The position numbers and the translations under genes are program-made. This document shows, piece by piece, positions 45,669 through 55,433 of a stretch of 64,000 nt of DNA. The notes under the pieces were generated by a model. It had not been told where the DNA came from and did not search any database. It saw nothing but the letters and a program-made list of their open reading frames with translations. Positions within the stretch are counted from its first letter, which is position 1. Each line of letters opens with the position of its first letter. The DNA is from Chloropicon primus (lineage: Eukaryota), in contig CP060768.1 of the NCBI GenBank assembly GCA_023205875.1, positions 1 through 64,000 on the forward strand. The letters run 5' to 3'.

Positions 45669-45913
45669 ATCAATCCGTCGATCAAGCCCCAGCGGTTCAC
45701 GCAGCGGGTGTCAACCTCCAGGCCTTCACGGCGCTTCCTCACGCTCATTTGGACTTGGTACTGCAGGAGCTCCTTCTGCTTGCGCGCAAACAGGAGGGTG
45801 AACGACAAGGCCCAGGGAGAAATGATCGCGCTGATCAGGACCGCCAGAACGACGCTCGCAAAGGTGTCCGGGCTCATGATCTCGAGTGCCAAAGAAGTGT
45901 TGGCGACAACAAA
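45669..45913 (-). pseudogene. Inverted partial duplicate of the Na+/H+ antiporter gene (source 54439-54698)
   Basis: The reverse complement matches 54439-54625 with one substitution that I can see, followed by a short deletion and a slightly diverged match to 54698. Confidence 0.93.
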
Positions 45914-48090
45914 CGTTATGAACAAACTTGAATTCGTTTAAACTAAAACTAAAATACAAACCTATTGATAGGATATATGATTTATAATGACAATATGATA
46001 ATAGTATTCAATATATTTTTCAGAAAGCTGAGGCGTCCGTCAATAGTTTTTTTGGCCGAAAGCCGGTCGATTCCTCAAAGTTTGTCCCAGTCCCGCCATG
46101 TAAAGGACCTTCCGACGCCCGTATCGTCCGCTGAGAAACAGTCCCGCGAGATGGCAAAGATGGCAAAGATGGCAAAGATGATGGTGAAAAACATGCACAA
46201 ACATAGCACATGAACAAAATCAGCAAATATATATATCTTTACGCTATTGGGGGAAATATATATAATTTCTCCTCTAAGAGAAGCTTGTCATTGTATACTA
46301 ACTTTGCCATCCGGAGGGACATGTCCATTTTCTTGAACAAAAAAAACGTACAACAATACAAAATATTATTACTCATTACTTATATATGAAAAATAGATTG
46401 TCAAAGATTTTCAAATCCGTTGACACATATTAAATCTAAACTTATTCATCAACCTCAAAAAGCATATAAAACGTGCAGCCGTTTAAGGCTTAAGGCTTTA
46501 GGAAAAAATGTAGATAAAAAATAATTGTGCCTTTATCATTAAAATAGGCTTGATAAATTTTGATTGTGTTGCAGAAGATCTACCATCTTCACTGTCTCAT
46601 AATATTGTCTGGCCCCAAAGCTTCAACGACGCTTCCAGTTCGTCCATCTGTTGAATTTTATGGCGCATTAAAGTGACGCAAGCAACAAAGACTCAAGTCA
46701 TCGAGAAAAAAAAATGGCAAAATCGTGAAAATAGCATAATACGGTAATACGATTGCAAGACAAATGCATCCGCCAATATGCACGGCTTACTTCATGTTTA
46801 TGTTTATCTTGGCCTGTATATCAATATCCCAAAAGCGAGCATAAGAAAGACCTAGACGACGGTGGTATTACTCCATCGGAACCAAAAGCGACACAAATAA
46901 TATGTGAACATGGACCATGCATTGACAACCGTCATTTTGATTTATATCGTAGACGTACGAAGACAATATGAAAGTGGTGCAAAAATGTACGCAAGATAGT
47001 ATATGGATTCAATACTCCAAAAAAAATATATCAAAATATTTTCTGACAATGGCATTGGTAAGCAACCTTACCTTACGTGCTTGGAAACATGATCTCAAAG
47101 CTTTTGGTTGTTGAACCGGTCTCGTGTTATTGCTATGTTGGCGTTTCGAAAACTGTATTTGCCCACTATACTTGCTCTGTACATGCAGCAGAGAACCAAA
47201 GCCGATAAAATTGTCTCGGTGAAAATCATGTTTGGTTTTGCAAGAAACGCATCTATTACAGTTTCTTTGACAATTTCTTTCAATGACACTCCTCTCTGTC
47301 GACATGAGTTACTTTCTTAGGCCTGCGAAAATCAGCAAGATGAGAAGCGAAGAGATTATGGCTATGGATGGATGAGGTAAGGCAATCAAGCAGGGAAGAA
47401 TGGAAGCAAAAGGGCACTGGTTCGGGAATGAGCAAATGAGCCAAGGACAGGCGAAGCATTACAGATGCGTTGGACTTGTTCATAAAATATGAATTTCAGG
47501 TAATTCAAGATCGCAATGCCCTGAAATGAAGTCAAAGGTGGCTTGACAAGGAAAATAACATATGAAAAACAATTTTGTTTGTTATTTGTAGGACAAAGAA
47601 TCGCTGCCGGAGAAACAACCTTGTTTATCCCTCAACTACGACCACTTATTTCAAATATCGCGCACAACAACCTAAACCAAAATATCCTCCAAATTCAATT
47701 CATCCTCCTCCTAGTGATCCCATGTGTCGCCACTGGTGGAAGCAATGTCATATGCATCGTAGTTGGCTTCGACCCAATCGCCGACTTCCTAATTATAAGC
47801 TTTTCTTGTGCATCTCCTTGGCCTCTATGGACAAGGCGGGTCCTGGCTTCGAAGCCACTGCAGAACATCGAGGTGACCTCCTCCAGCTGCCTCTCTACAA
47901 GTCTCCTCGTTCCAAGGGCAAGGTGGATGCTGGCTTCAAGGCCACTGCAGAACATGTGAGTGGAGGGAGAGAGAGAGAGATGGAGGAGGAGGAGGAGACG
48001 TTTGTCCTTGCTCGGTAATAATAATACTTTACAAACAATCTGGAAGTTGATAGAGAGTTTATACAATGAATTCATATTTTTTTTGTTCTT
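45914..48090. other. AT-rich, gene-free island with decayed gene fragments (candidate centromeric region)
   Basis: Counted GC is 14/60 at 46321-46380 and 13/60 at 46381-46440, against 44/60 in a typical coding line (14281-14340). No intact gene. The centromere function is inference only. Confidence 0.7.
47672..47956 (-). pseudogene. Degraded C-terminal fragment of a CPW-type ankyrin-repeat gene
   Basis: The frame from 47956 reads HVLQWP*SQHPPCPWNEETCREAAGGGHLDVLQWLRSQDPPCP*RPRRCTRKAYN*EVGDWV..., matching the repeats and end (EVVDWI) of 38004-39602. Confidence 0.88.
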
Positions 48091-48096
48091 CTTCTT

Positions 48097-49260
48097 CTAG
48101 CTGCTCTTGTCTCCGACAATCAGACGCTGCTCTTCGTCGTCCCCAAGCACGTCATGTGTAACCCCGTTAGCTCCGGGGAGCTTCTTGTCGTCCCTCTTGC
48201 TCACGACTACCAGAACCATGCCAAAGATGATGGCTATCATGGACAAGATATCTTGCATCTCAGGCTTTGTCCCGAGGGCAAGAATCGAGAGCATGAGGGT
48301 GAACGGCGACTGCAGCACCGTGTACAGAGACACCACCGAGGCGTGCAGCTTCTTGTTGGCCCACGTCGACCCTCCGTACGTGAAAGCAGTTCCAACTACA
48401 ACTGCGTAAAGGAAAGCAACCAAGACGTGCGTGTTGCTCAGGTACGTGAACTCGTGCAGGATCCCGTCAAGGGACTGGAAGTAACCGATGCACGTCACGA
48501 CTGTCAAGAAACTACCGATCGAGTAGTACCAGGCAGTGCTTGTGAGCGAAGGGAACTCGTGAACAATCTGCTTTTGCACCAAGTACAGCGTCCCGAGAGC
48601 CAAGGTCTGCACCAGCAGGATTCCGTGACCCAGGAGAGAGTTCTGCGCCAGCTTCTCGTAGAACGATTGCTCTTGCGCCAGGGCTTTCTCGTCAATTACG
48701 GTGATGTCAGAAGACACTAAGCTCTCCGTGCTCTCTATCAAGGCATCCTCCAAGACGTCCCTGGGCATATCCCCCGTTCCCTGGTCGTTGCTGGGGTGAC
48801 TATCCGACATGGCCGCAACCACTGCCCCGCTCACTGATATGGCTATCCCCGTGATCATGTAAGGGTTCGCGGGCTCCACCTTGAAGAGGACCGCCCAGAA
48901 AGCCGTCCACACCGGTATCAGTGGCTGATAAATCGCAGCAGTGATGGGTGACACGAGGTTCAAGGCGAGAATGAACCCCACTATGTTGATAAATATCAGG
49001 ACGCCGAGAAGAAAAAAGACCCTCATCTCCTGCTTGGTTGGCATCTTCGGCTTCGGGTCGAAGATTCCCGCAAGAAGGAGAAGCACCAACGAGGCACCCG
49101 CTTCTCGTATCAGGGCAAAGAACAATGGACTCACTCCAGTGTTCAGAGCAACCTTCCCGAGGACGTGCCAACCCGCAAAAGCAAGCTGCACGAGAATCAT
49201 GATGGCCGTCGCCACATTCTTCCCCCTCTCCTCCTTGATTGCGCTCTCCGACCCACTCAT
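48097..49260 (-). CDS. Drug/metabolite transporter (EamA, WAT1/UMAMIT-like)
   Basis: VQLAFAGWHVLGKVALNTGVSPLFFALIRE, two 5-TM halves, ASVVSLYTVLQSPFT. Confidence 0.88.
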   Translation of the reverse strand: MSGSESAIKEERGKNVATAIMILVQLAFAGWHVLGKVALNTGVSPLFFALIREAGASLVLLLLAGIFDPKPKMPTKQEMRVFFLLGVLIFINIVGFILALNLVSPITAAIYQPLIPVWTAFWAVLFKVEPANPYMITGIAISVSGAVVAAMSDSHPSNDQGTGDMPRDVLEDALIESTESLVSSDITVIDEKALAQEQSFYEKLAQNSLLGHGILLVQTLALGTLYLVQKQIVHEFPSLTSTAWYYSIGSFLTVVTCIGYFQSLDGILHEFTYLSNTHVLVAFLYAVVVGTAFTYGGSTWANKKLHASVVSLYTVLQSPFTLMLSILALGTKPEMQDILSMIAIIFGMVLVVVSKRDDKKLPGANGVTHDVLGDDEEQRLIVGDKSS

Positions 49261-49780
49261 CTCCCTCTCCTCTCCTCTCCTTCCTCTGCTTCTGCTTCTG
49301 CTTCTGTCCTGCTGTGCTTGGCTCCTTGGACGACGCCCGTCAAACTACGACAGAAAACTCAGAAGACTCTTTCCTTTACGCAGGAGGGAGGTCCACTACG
49401 ACAGAAGGCGCTCTCCTCCTTCCCGACATGCCCTGCCCTTCTCACTCCTCTCCTCTCCTCGCTCTCCTCGCTCTCCTCGCGTGTGTTGCCCTCGACCCTC
49501 GCGCTCTGATCTCGAGAAGCGGGAAAAACGACAGAGCGATCGAGATCGAGGGAAGGGACCGCTTTCGAGAGGAAGGGACAACCGACACGGGGAGGGAAAG
49601 GACAAGAGGGGGCAAGAAAGCGAAAGAGTATCTCACGGGCTTTCGATTGATACATCGGTTGAAGGGCTACCTTACGGGCTTTTGATTGATAACTCACCTG
49701 AAAGTTTCAGCCTCGAAGTGGTCCCTGTCACTCAATTGAATGAGAGGGAGGGGAGAGGAGCCTTGAGTGAGAGGAGGACC

Positions 49781-51310
49781 ATGGAGGTGCCAGAGAGCGA
49801 GAGCGAAGGGGACGACTTCGTGTTCAGGGAGAGCAGGCATGCGAAGAGGAGGAAGAGGAGGGGCCTGAGCCTGAGCAAGGGATCGGGGAATGTCGAGTCC
49901 AGCTGCCGAACGAAGGAGAAGGAGGGCGGCGAGTATGGCGAGCTCAGGAGGGCGTTCGAGGTTGAGGAAGACAGCGGACGGCCCTTGTCGACTTCCGACG
50001 CGGCTGAGGACATCCTGGAGAACGAGTCCGACCTCCCGAACTTTTCCTTGTTCGAGGACAACTTTGACTTTGGGTCCGGCGGGAGCGAGGAGGAGGAGGA
50101 AAAGAGGGAAGGGGTCGACCCCGCGCGGGACCTGGCGCAAGGAGGCGGTGGGGGTGGGAGCGGGGGGAGGGTGGAACAGGAGAAGCTTATCTCTCAGGAT
50201 GACGAAGAAAACTTGGAAATTGATGAAACAGATGAGGAGAAGGCGAGGGACGACGAGACTCCTTTCGTAATGTCCGACGACGATGACAGCTTGCTGGTGC
50301 AGCCGTTTAACGAGACCCGCAAAGTGAGCTCCCAAGGGCAGGGGAGGCGATTCTCGAGGATGCTTCACCGCGTGGAGGAGGAACGGAGCCCTGCCGGCCA
50401 GCACCAGGGTGACTATGCACAGGCATCGCCTCTGAGGAAAAGCTTGGTCGAACGCAAGGGCGGAGAAGCCGAGCCTACCAAAGCTTTCATGGACAGCGAG
50501 GAGGACAACCTCTGCTTTGGGCACCAAAGAAAGAGCCCTCAGCCTCTTTCGCTCGCGGAAGTGGAGGAAGAGGACGAGATCGTGATTGACAGCGACGAGA
50601 GCGACGATGAGTACCGGATGGGAGGAGCGCGCCACGAGTGGCCCAAGGGGGAACATGGGAGGCCCGTCCTTATCGAGGACGATGAGTGCGAAGAAGCGGG
50701 CCCCCGCGGCGCTTTGCCGCCTCCCAGATCGCTCGCAAGCCCGTCTTTCAGTCCGACCAAGAGGGTGATGGGCACCCCCCTCGCTGGCGCGCGCTCCCTG
50801 TCCTCCAGAAGCAGAGCTCCTCCGAAGAACTTTAGCCCCATTCCCATGGTGGGCTGCGCCCGCGGCGACGCCCCAGGAGGGAGGAGCGACTTGCAAGAGA
50901 ATGCCGACCAGAGTGACCTTGGCTGGCTAGATCGACTGCCGAACTTCAAGCCGATCAGTGTTCTCACTCGCTCCTACACCAGCAGTGCGGATCCCGTTTA
51001 CATCCAGTACAGTCAGCAGTTTGCCTACAAGGCCCGTGGTGGAGGGACCTCGGGAGCGGACGAGGAGGAGCCCTTCATCCAACAGACGTCATCGAGGGGA
51101 CGAAAGAAGGGCAAAGGAAAAGCGAACGACGAAGACTTCAACAGCCACTGGATCACCCAAGAGGGCGGGAAGAAGGCATTTGTCACTGCGTCACAAGTTC
51201 TCACGGGGGCCAAAGCGTACAAGGCCTATGAGAAGGCAAAGGGAAAGGAGAGGAAGGCAACAGCAAGCAAGTTCCCGAAAAAGAGAGGGAAGAGGCAAGC
51301 CCGGACGTGA
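49781..51310 (+). CDS. Hypothetical acidic, mostly disordered nuclear protein (~509 aa)
   Basis: Open frame from ATG 49781; basic NLS-like KRRKRR and KKRGKR; ordered-looking C-terminal HWITQEGGKKAFV...LTGAKAYKAY. Confidence 0.75.
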   Translation: MEVPESESEGDDFVFRESRHAKRRKRRGLSLSKGSGNVESSCRTKEKEGGEYGELRRAFEVEEDSGRPLSTSDAAEDILENESDLPNFSLFEDNFDFGSGGSEEEEEKREGVDPARDLAQGGGGGGSGGRVEQEKLISQDDEENLEIDETDEEKARDDETPFVMSDDDDSLLVQPFNETRKVSSQGQGRRFSRMLHRVEEERSPAGQHQGDYAQASPLRKSLVERKGGEAEPTKAFMDSEEDNLCFGHQRKSPQPLSLAEVEEEDEIVIDSDESDDEYRMGGARHEWPKGEHGRPVLIEDDECEEAGPRGALPPPRSLASPSFSPTKRVMGTPLAGARSLSSRSRAPPKNFSPIPMVGCARGDAPGGRSDLQENADQSDLGWLDRLPNFKPISVLTRSYTSSADPVYIQYSQQFAYKARGGGTSGADEEEPFIQQTSSRGRKKGKGKANDEDFNSHWITQEGGKKAFVTASQVLTGAKAYKAYEKAKGKERKATASKFPKKRGKRQART

Positions 51311-51532
51311 ATTTATGTACCTATTGTAACGCAGGATCTATCTCCCGTAACCAAGGAAATCTTGGTCGAACACGAGACGACGACGGTGGTCTATATGTTA
51401 CAAAAAGCCGTGCGACAACGAAAAGCTTGTACGCGGCGCTATCGGCAGTCTTGCCCCGGCCAGGCGAATTGACCTCGCCGGCACTAGTTTACACACCAGA
51501 ACAAACTGATGGCTCCTCGAGAACGAGGCAAC

Positions 51533-52025
51533 CTAGCTGATCATTTGGTCCTGGTCCCTCTCTGCCTGCTCCGTGATCTCTTTGAAATCCTCAGGAGTCA
51601 CTTTCTCGAGGGTGTTGTACGTCAAGAGCTTCTCGATGAGATCCACGTGAGTCATGAGCATCCTCCTGCAGCAGTATCTATTCAGTCCCAAGGCATCCAG
51701 CGCATCCCTTCACCATTCGTTCCGGTTCAGTCCCAAGAGAAAAAGCAAGCAACACGACGTGATTGAGTCAGAGCTACTTTCGAGCACCAGGAAAATAAAG
51801 CGGAGCAGCACAGCTATGCGATCCGCGCCAAGTCATCGAGCTTCTTCCGTCCTTGCATCTTGTCTTTTGTTGTGCCCGGCATGGCATAGAATGGCATAAC
51901 GGCATGGGCTTGGTGTTGTTGACTTACTTTTCGGAATACTCTCCGTTGGCAATCAAGTCCAAGTAAATGTCCCACTTGTTCCCTATCACCTTTCCGCAAG
52001 TGAAGCACCTCACCGGAATGATCAT
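51533..52025 (-). CDS. RPB10: RNA polymerases I/II/III shared subunit RPB10; join on minus 52025..51928, 51707..51533
   Basis: Not in the ORF track. The spliced product is [18 protein letters not shown]...[34 protein letters not shown] probable 5'UTR intron lies at ~52039-52260. Confidence 0.95.
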
Positions 52026-52402
52026 GACGACTCCTCTCCTACGCGAACGAGAAAAAAAACAAAAACAAAAACAAAACCATCATGATCATCAGCCTTTCCA
52101 TTCCCATTCCAGAGCGGATTCTTTCAAGCGAGGTATCCCTCGAAAGAGGAAAACGTTCCGGATGTTTTGGTTTCGATTCTGTCCCTCCTTCTGACCTTCC
52201 CTCTTGCTTCCCTCCTCGTGTTCGTGCGTTCGTCCTCGACAACTCGATAACTCGACTCACCTCGCGCGCGTCGCCTCGTTCAAGTGACTGAGGCGGCGCA
52301 CAGGAGCAGAGAGGCGCGAGACGAGGGCGGCGCGTGAGGGGGGGAAGGAAGAGGAGGCGGAGCAACGCCACGTCGTCGCGGAGAGGAGAGAGGTACGAAC
52401 GA

Positions 52403-52434
<32 letters not shown>

Positions 52435-52563
52435 GGCGGCGTTTTCCTCTTGGAAAGAGAGAGAGGAGAGAGATGGGAACAAGGGAATGAATGAATGAAT
52501 GAATGTGTGTTTTGTGGGAGGAGAGGGATGGGAGACGACGGTTCTTTTTTTGTGGCGGGAATG

Positions 52564-52646
52564 GTCCGGTGATGTTCAAATCTTTGAGAACGTACTGAGC
52601 TTCGGCTCAGCTGCCGACAAACCCTGACAAGCATATATCTGAGGAC
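52564..52646 (+). ncRNA. Box C/D snoRNA, U27/snR74 homologue (guide for 18S Am28, yeast numbering)
   Basis: Terminal stem GTCC/GGAC, C box GTGATGT (52569-75), D box CTGA (52639-42). Guide GACAAGCATAT is complementary to conserved 18S AUAUGCUUGUC, and the +5 rule lands on A28. A second element AATCTTTGAGA pairs with the adjacent UCUCAAAGAUU. Confidence 0.9.
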
Positions 52647-52782
52647 TAAGAAAGCCGCCACAAGAAGAACGAACGTTCTCTCCCCCCTTCTCGTCGTGGA
52701 GAACCATGCCTTGCCTTGTTGAGTGGAGCCTCGTGTCCGATCCGAACGAGAGGTTTGCTTTGCTTGGACACAAAAGGCTTTC

Positions 52783-52871
52783 TATGGATGATGATGCAAA
52801 AATCTTAGGACACCTTCAGAAGCACAACCGTGCTAGTGAGACTGAAAGATTTTATTTCCAATGCTGACATA
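52783..52871 (+). ncRNA. Box C/D snoRNA targeting LSU rRNA (AGGUGUCCUAAGAU region)
   Basis: Stem TATG/CATA, C box ATGATGA (52788-94), D box CTGA (52864-67), D'-like CAGA (52817-20). The D'-like box is preceded by a 14-nt ATCTTAGGACACCT complementary to the conserved plant-type LSU sequence. Confidence 0.82.
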
Positions 52872-53331
52872 TATCGAGCCAGGAGTGTGTCGAGCGCAGA
52901 GGTTCCCTCACTCACTCGTTCACTCACCGCAACAGCAACAACAAGAGCTGAGATCGTTTTTCTGACAAGAGCTGCTTCCATTTTTGGCTTTTCACAGGCC
53001 TCCCTCCACGGTGTCGTGACACCTCACCTCGCCTCACCTCACCTCAACTTCACTTGTAATATAGATACTCTGTACACGTACTCCTCGCTCCTCGCTCGCG
53101 GCCGTCTCCTTACCCCCGTCCCCCCAAACCGCTGCACGCCTGTTAGAAGGGCGTGCCCCAGTCGTGCAGGGCGGAAACGTCCCGCCATCGCACTCAAGCA
53201 TCCCCTGGACCTCCACAAGTCATCCTCATGATGATGTCTCTCTCTCTCTGGAGCAGCAGCAAAGATTTGAATGAATTTTTTAGGAAGCAACCTCCTCGAC
53301 TCGTAACGCACGGGGGGACGAGAAGGGAAGC

Positions 53332-55176
53332 ATGAGTGACAACAACTCGACGGCTACGTTGCACTGCGAGGGCGATGGGAAGGGACACATGCACATGGAC
53401 ATGGACGAGGAGTTCTACAACTTGACCATGCTTCTCCTTTTTCTTCTGGCGACTTGGGTCGTCGGCAAGGCTGCGATGTGGGTAAAAGTTCCTTCCCTGC
53501 TCGGGGAGCTTGTCGTGGGCATGGTCCTCGGGCCGGAGCTCCTGGACGTTGTGCCGTTTCCCATGGCCCTGACTCTGGTGGGTGAGGTGGGTCTGCTCTT
53601 GCTTGTGCTCGAGGCTGGCCTCGAGGTGGATCTGCAGATGCTGAAGCAGATAGGGAAGAAGGGGTTCATCGTGGCCGCGGTAGGATCGTTGCTCCCCCTC
53701 GGCATGGGCACTGGCATCGCCATCGGGATTGGCAAGATGGAGACGATGGAGGCCCTCTCCGTGGGCGCCTCCCTTGCACCTACGTCGATGGCCATCGCAC
53801 TCAACATCCTCAAGGTTGGAAAGTCGCTTCACTCGCCAGCGGGGCAGCTGATCATCGCTGCCGCCGTGATCGACGACGTCATAGCGCTGATCCTCCTCTC
53901 CGAGCTCAAGGCCCTGCAAAACGCTCCCACGGCGATGAACTTCATCACGCCGATCTTGAGCTCCACGGTCTTCACCCTCGCTTTCGGCGGCTTTGCAATC
54001 TTTGGTATCCCCCGAGTCATGGAGGCGGAGAGAATGAAAAAGTTCTCTGACAGCCAGACCTTCGTGTACTCGTGCTTTTTCGGCATGTTCGTCCTGTCCA
54101 TCGGCTTGATGAACGCCACGTATTATGGCAAGTCGTCCTTCCTTCTGGGCGCCTTCCTTGCGGGCCTCTGCTTCTGCACCATAGAGAAGATCAAAGTCGT
54201 GTGGCACGCGCAAGTCAAGAGAATCGAGACGTGGATGCTGCGGCTCTTCTTCAGCACCACGATTGCCTTCAAAGTTCCCGTGAGAGATTTGTGGCGCAAA
54301 AACGTCCTCGCCTTCACCGCGGCGCTGCTCCTTCCTCTGCTGGGAAAGCTTGTGACCGGGTTTTTTGGCCCGCGGCCGCTCAAAAAGATCGAGTTTTTTA
54401 CCATCGGCTTCGCGATGAGCGCCTGGGGCGAATTCGCATTTGTTGTCGCCAACACTTCTTTGGCACTCGAGATCATGAGCCCGGACACCTTTGCGAGCGT
54501 CGTTCTGGCGGTCCTGATCAGCGCGATCATTTCTCCCTGGGCCTTGTCGCTCACCCTCCTGTTTGCGCGCAAGCAGAAGGAGCTCCTGCAGTACCAAGTC
54601 CAAATGAGCGTGAGGAAGCGCCGTGGAATGCTCAATCACGCTTACCTGGAGGTCGACATCTGCTGCGTGAACCGCTGGGGCTTGATAGACGGCTTGATCA
54701 ACAAATTCCACGCCTTGGACCTTTCCGTCCTGGATTTCACCGTCAGCTCCCTGGAAACGTTCTCGATCATGAGGCTGTACTTGAAGAACAAATCCAAGGA
54801 TATGGCGAGCCAAAGCGAGGTGGCGTACTTTGCGCACCTCCACGAGGAAATCTCGAAGTATTGCGGCATCACGAGTGGCGGGGACTGCGAGAGCGATTTT
54901 GGTTTCCTGCCGGACTCCCCGATCCCATCCGCCGTGTTCAAGAGGGAAGACGTGAGCTTTGAGGGGATTGAGTTGTACCCTTGCCTGTCGATCAAGCCGT
55001 GGAAGCTCAGGGAGGGGTCGCAGGAGGGACAGTCTGTTGCGGAGATGCAACAAAGGCTTGACAATTTCACGTCAAGGGTGAATTCTGCAAGGAAGCTCGA
55101 TGAGTTGGCGCGTGTGCAGAGGAACAAATCCCTCGCAGACATGCAAGCCTCGATCATCAAATCAGCCCAATCCTAA
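53332..55176 (+). CDS. Cation/H+ antiporter (CPA2 / Na+_H+ exchanger family) with C-terminal soluble domain
   Basis: VPSLLGELVVGMVLGP, GLEVD, APTS, IIAAAVIDDVIAL, LGAFLAG and MSAWGEFAFV; ~13 TM segments. Confidence 0.9.
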   Translation: MSDNNSTATLHCEGDGKGHMHMDMDEEFYNLTMLLLFLLATWVVGKAAMWVKVPSLLGELVVGMVLGPELLDVVPFPMALTLVGEVGLLLLVLEAGLEVDLQMLKQIGKKGFIVAAVGSLLPLGMGTGIAIGIGKMETMEALSVGASLAPTSMAIALNILKVGKSLHSPAGQLIIAAAVIDDVIALILLSELKALQNAPTAMNFITPILSSTVFTLAFGGFAIFGIPRVMEAERMKKFSDSQTFVYSCFFGMFVLSIGLMNATYYGKSSFLLGAFLAGLCFCTIEKIKVVWHAQVKRIETWMLRLFFSTTIAFKVPVRDLWRKNVLAFTAALLLPLLGKLVTGFFGPRPLKKIEFFTIGFAMSAWGEFAFVVANTSLALEIMSPDTFASVVLAVLISAIISPWALSLTLLFARKQKELLQYQVQMSVRKRRGMLNHAYLEVDICCVNRWGLIDGLINKFHALDLSVLDFTVSSLETFSIMRLYLKNKSKDMASQSEVAYFAHLHEEISKYCGITSGGDCESDFGFLPDSPIPSAVFKREDVSFEGIELYPCLSIKPWKLREGSQEGQSVAEMQQRLDNFTSRVNSARKLDELARVQRNKSLADMQASIIKSAQS

Positions 55177-55433
55177 TCGTATATCTATCCTTCCTTCCTT
55201 CCATAAAGTGTACTATAGAGAGAGATACTCACTCAGCAATCCATTGCAACCATCCATGAAGCACACACACACATCATTCTCTCACCACAAAAGCTCTTCC
55301 CCCTGTCTCTCGAAGCTGGAGGCTTTCAATTTTGTCAAGTCACGACCGGCCTGCCTGCCATTGGGGGGGGGGGGGGGACGGTTTCAGAAGCAGAGGTGGT
55401 GGAGTCCTATAACGTAACGTAACGGCAACGCTC

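Noticed and set aside
47095..47289. LVLCCMY segment resembling a cyclin-fold/Rb pocket helix
   Set aside because: Too short and too weak to support homology.
45914..47670. AT island as a transposon, viral insert or NUMT/NUPT
   Set aside because: No terminal repeats, target-site duplication, transposase/RT motifs or recognisable organellar genes. Not excluded without BLAST.
47209..48018. Plus-strand frame interrupted only by six TGA codons (selenoprotein or alternative genetic code?)
   Set aside because: The peptide is not protein-like, has no CxxU context or evident SECIS, and its 3' part is just the antisense of the ankyrin pseudogene.
51766..51842. Possible C/D snoRNA in the RPB10 coding intron (CGATGA...CTGA on minus)
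   Set aside because: Weak C box, no clear terminal stem and no clean rRNA complement; CTGAC may be the branch site.
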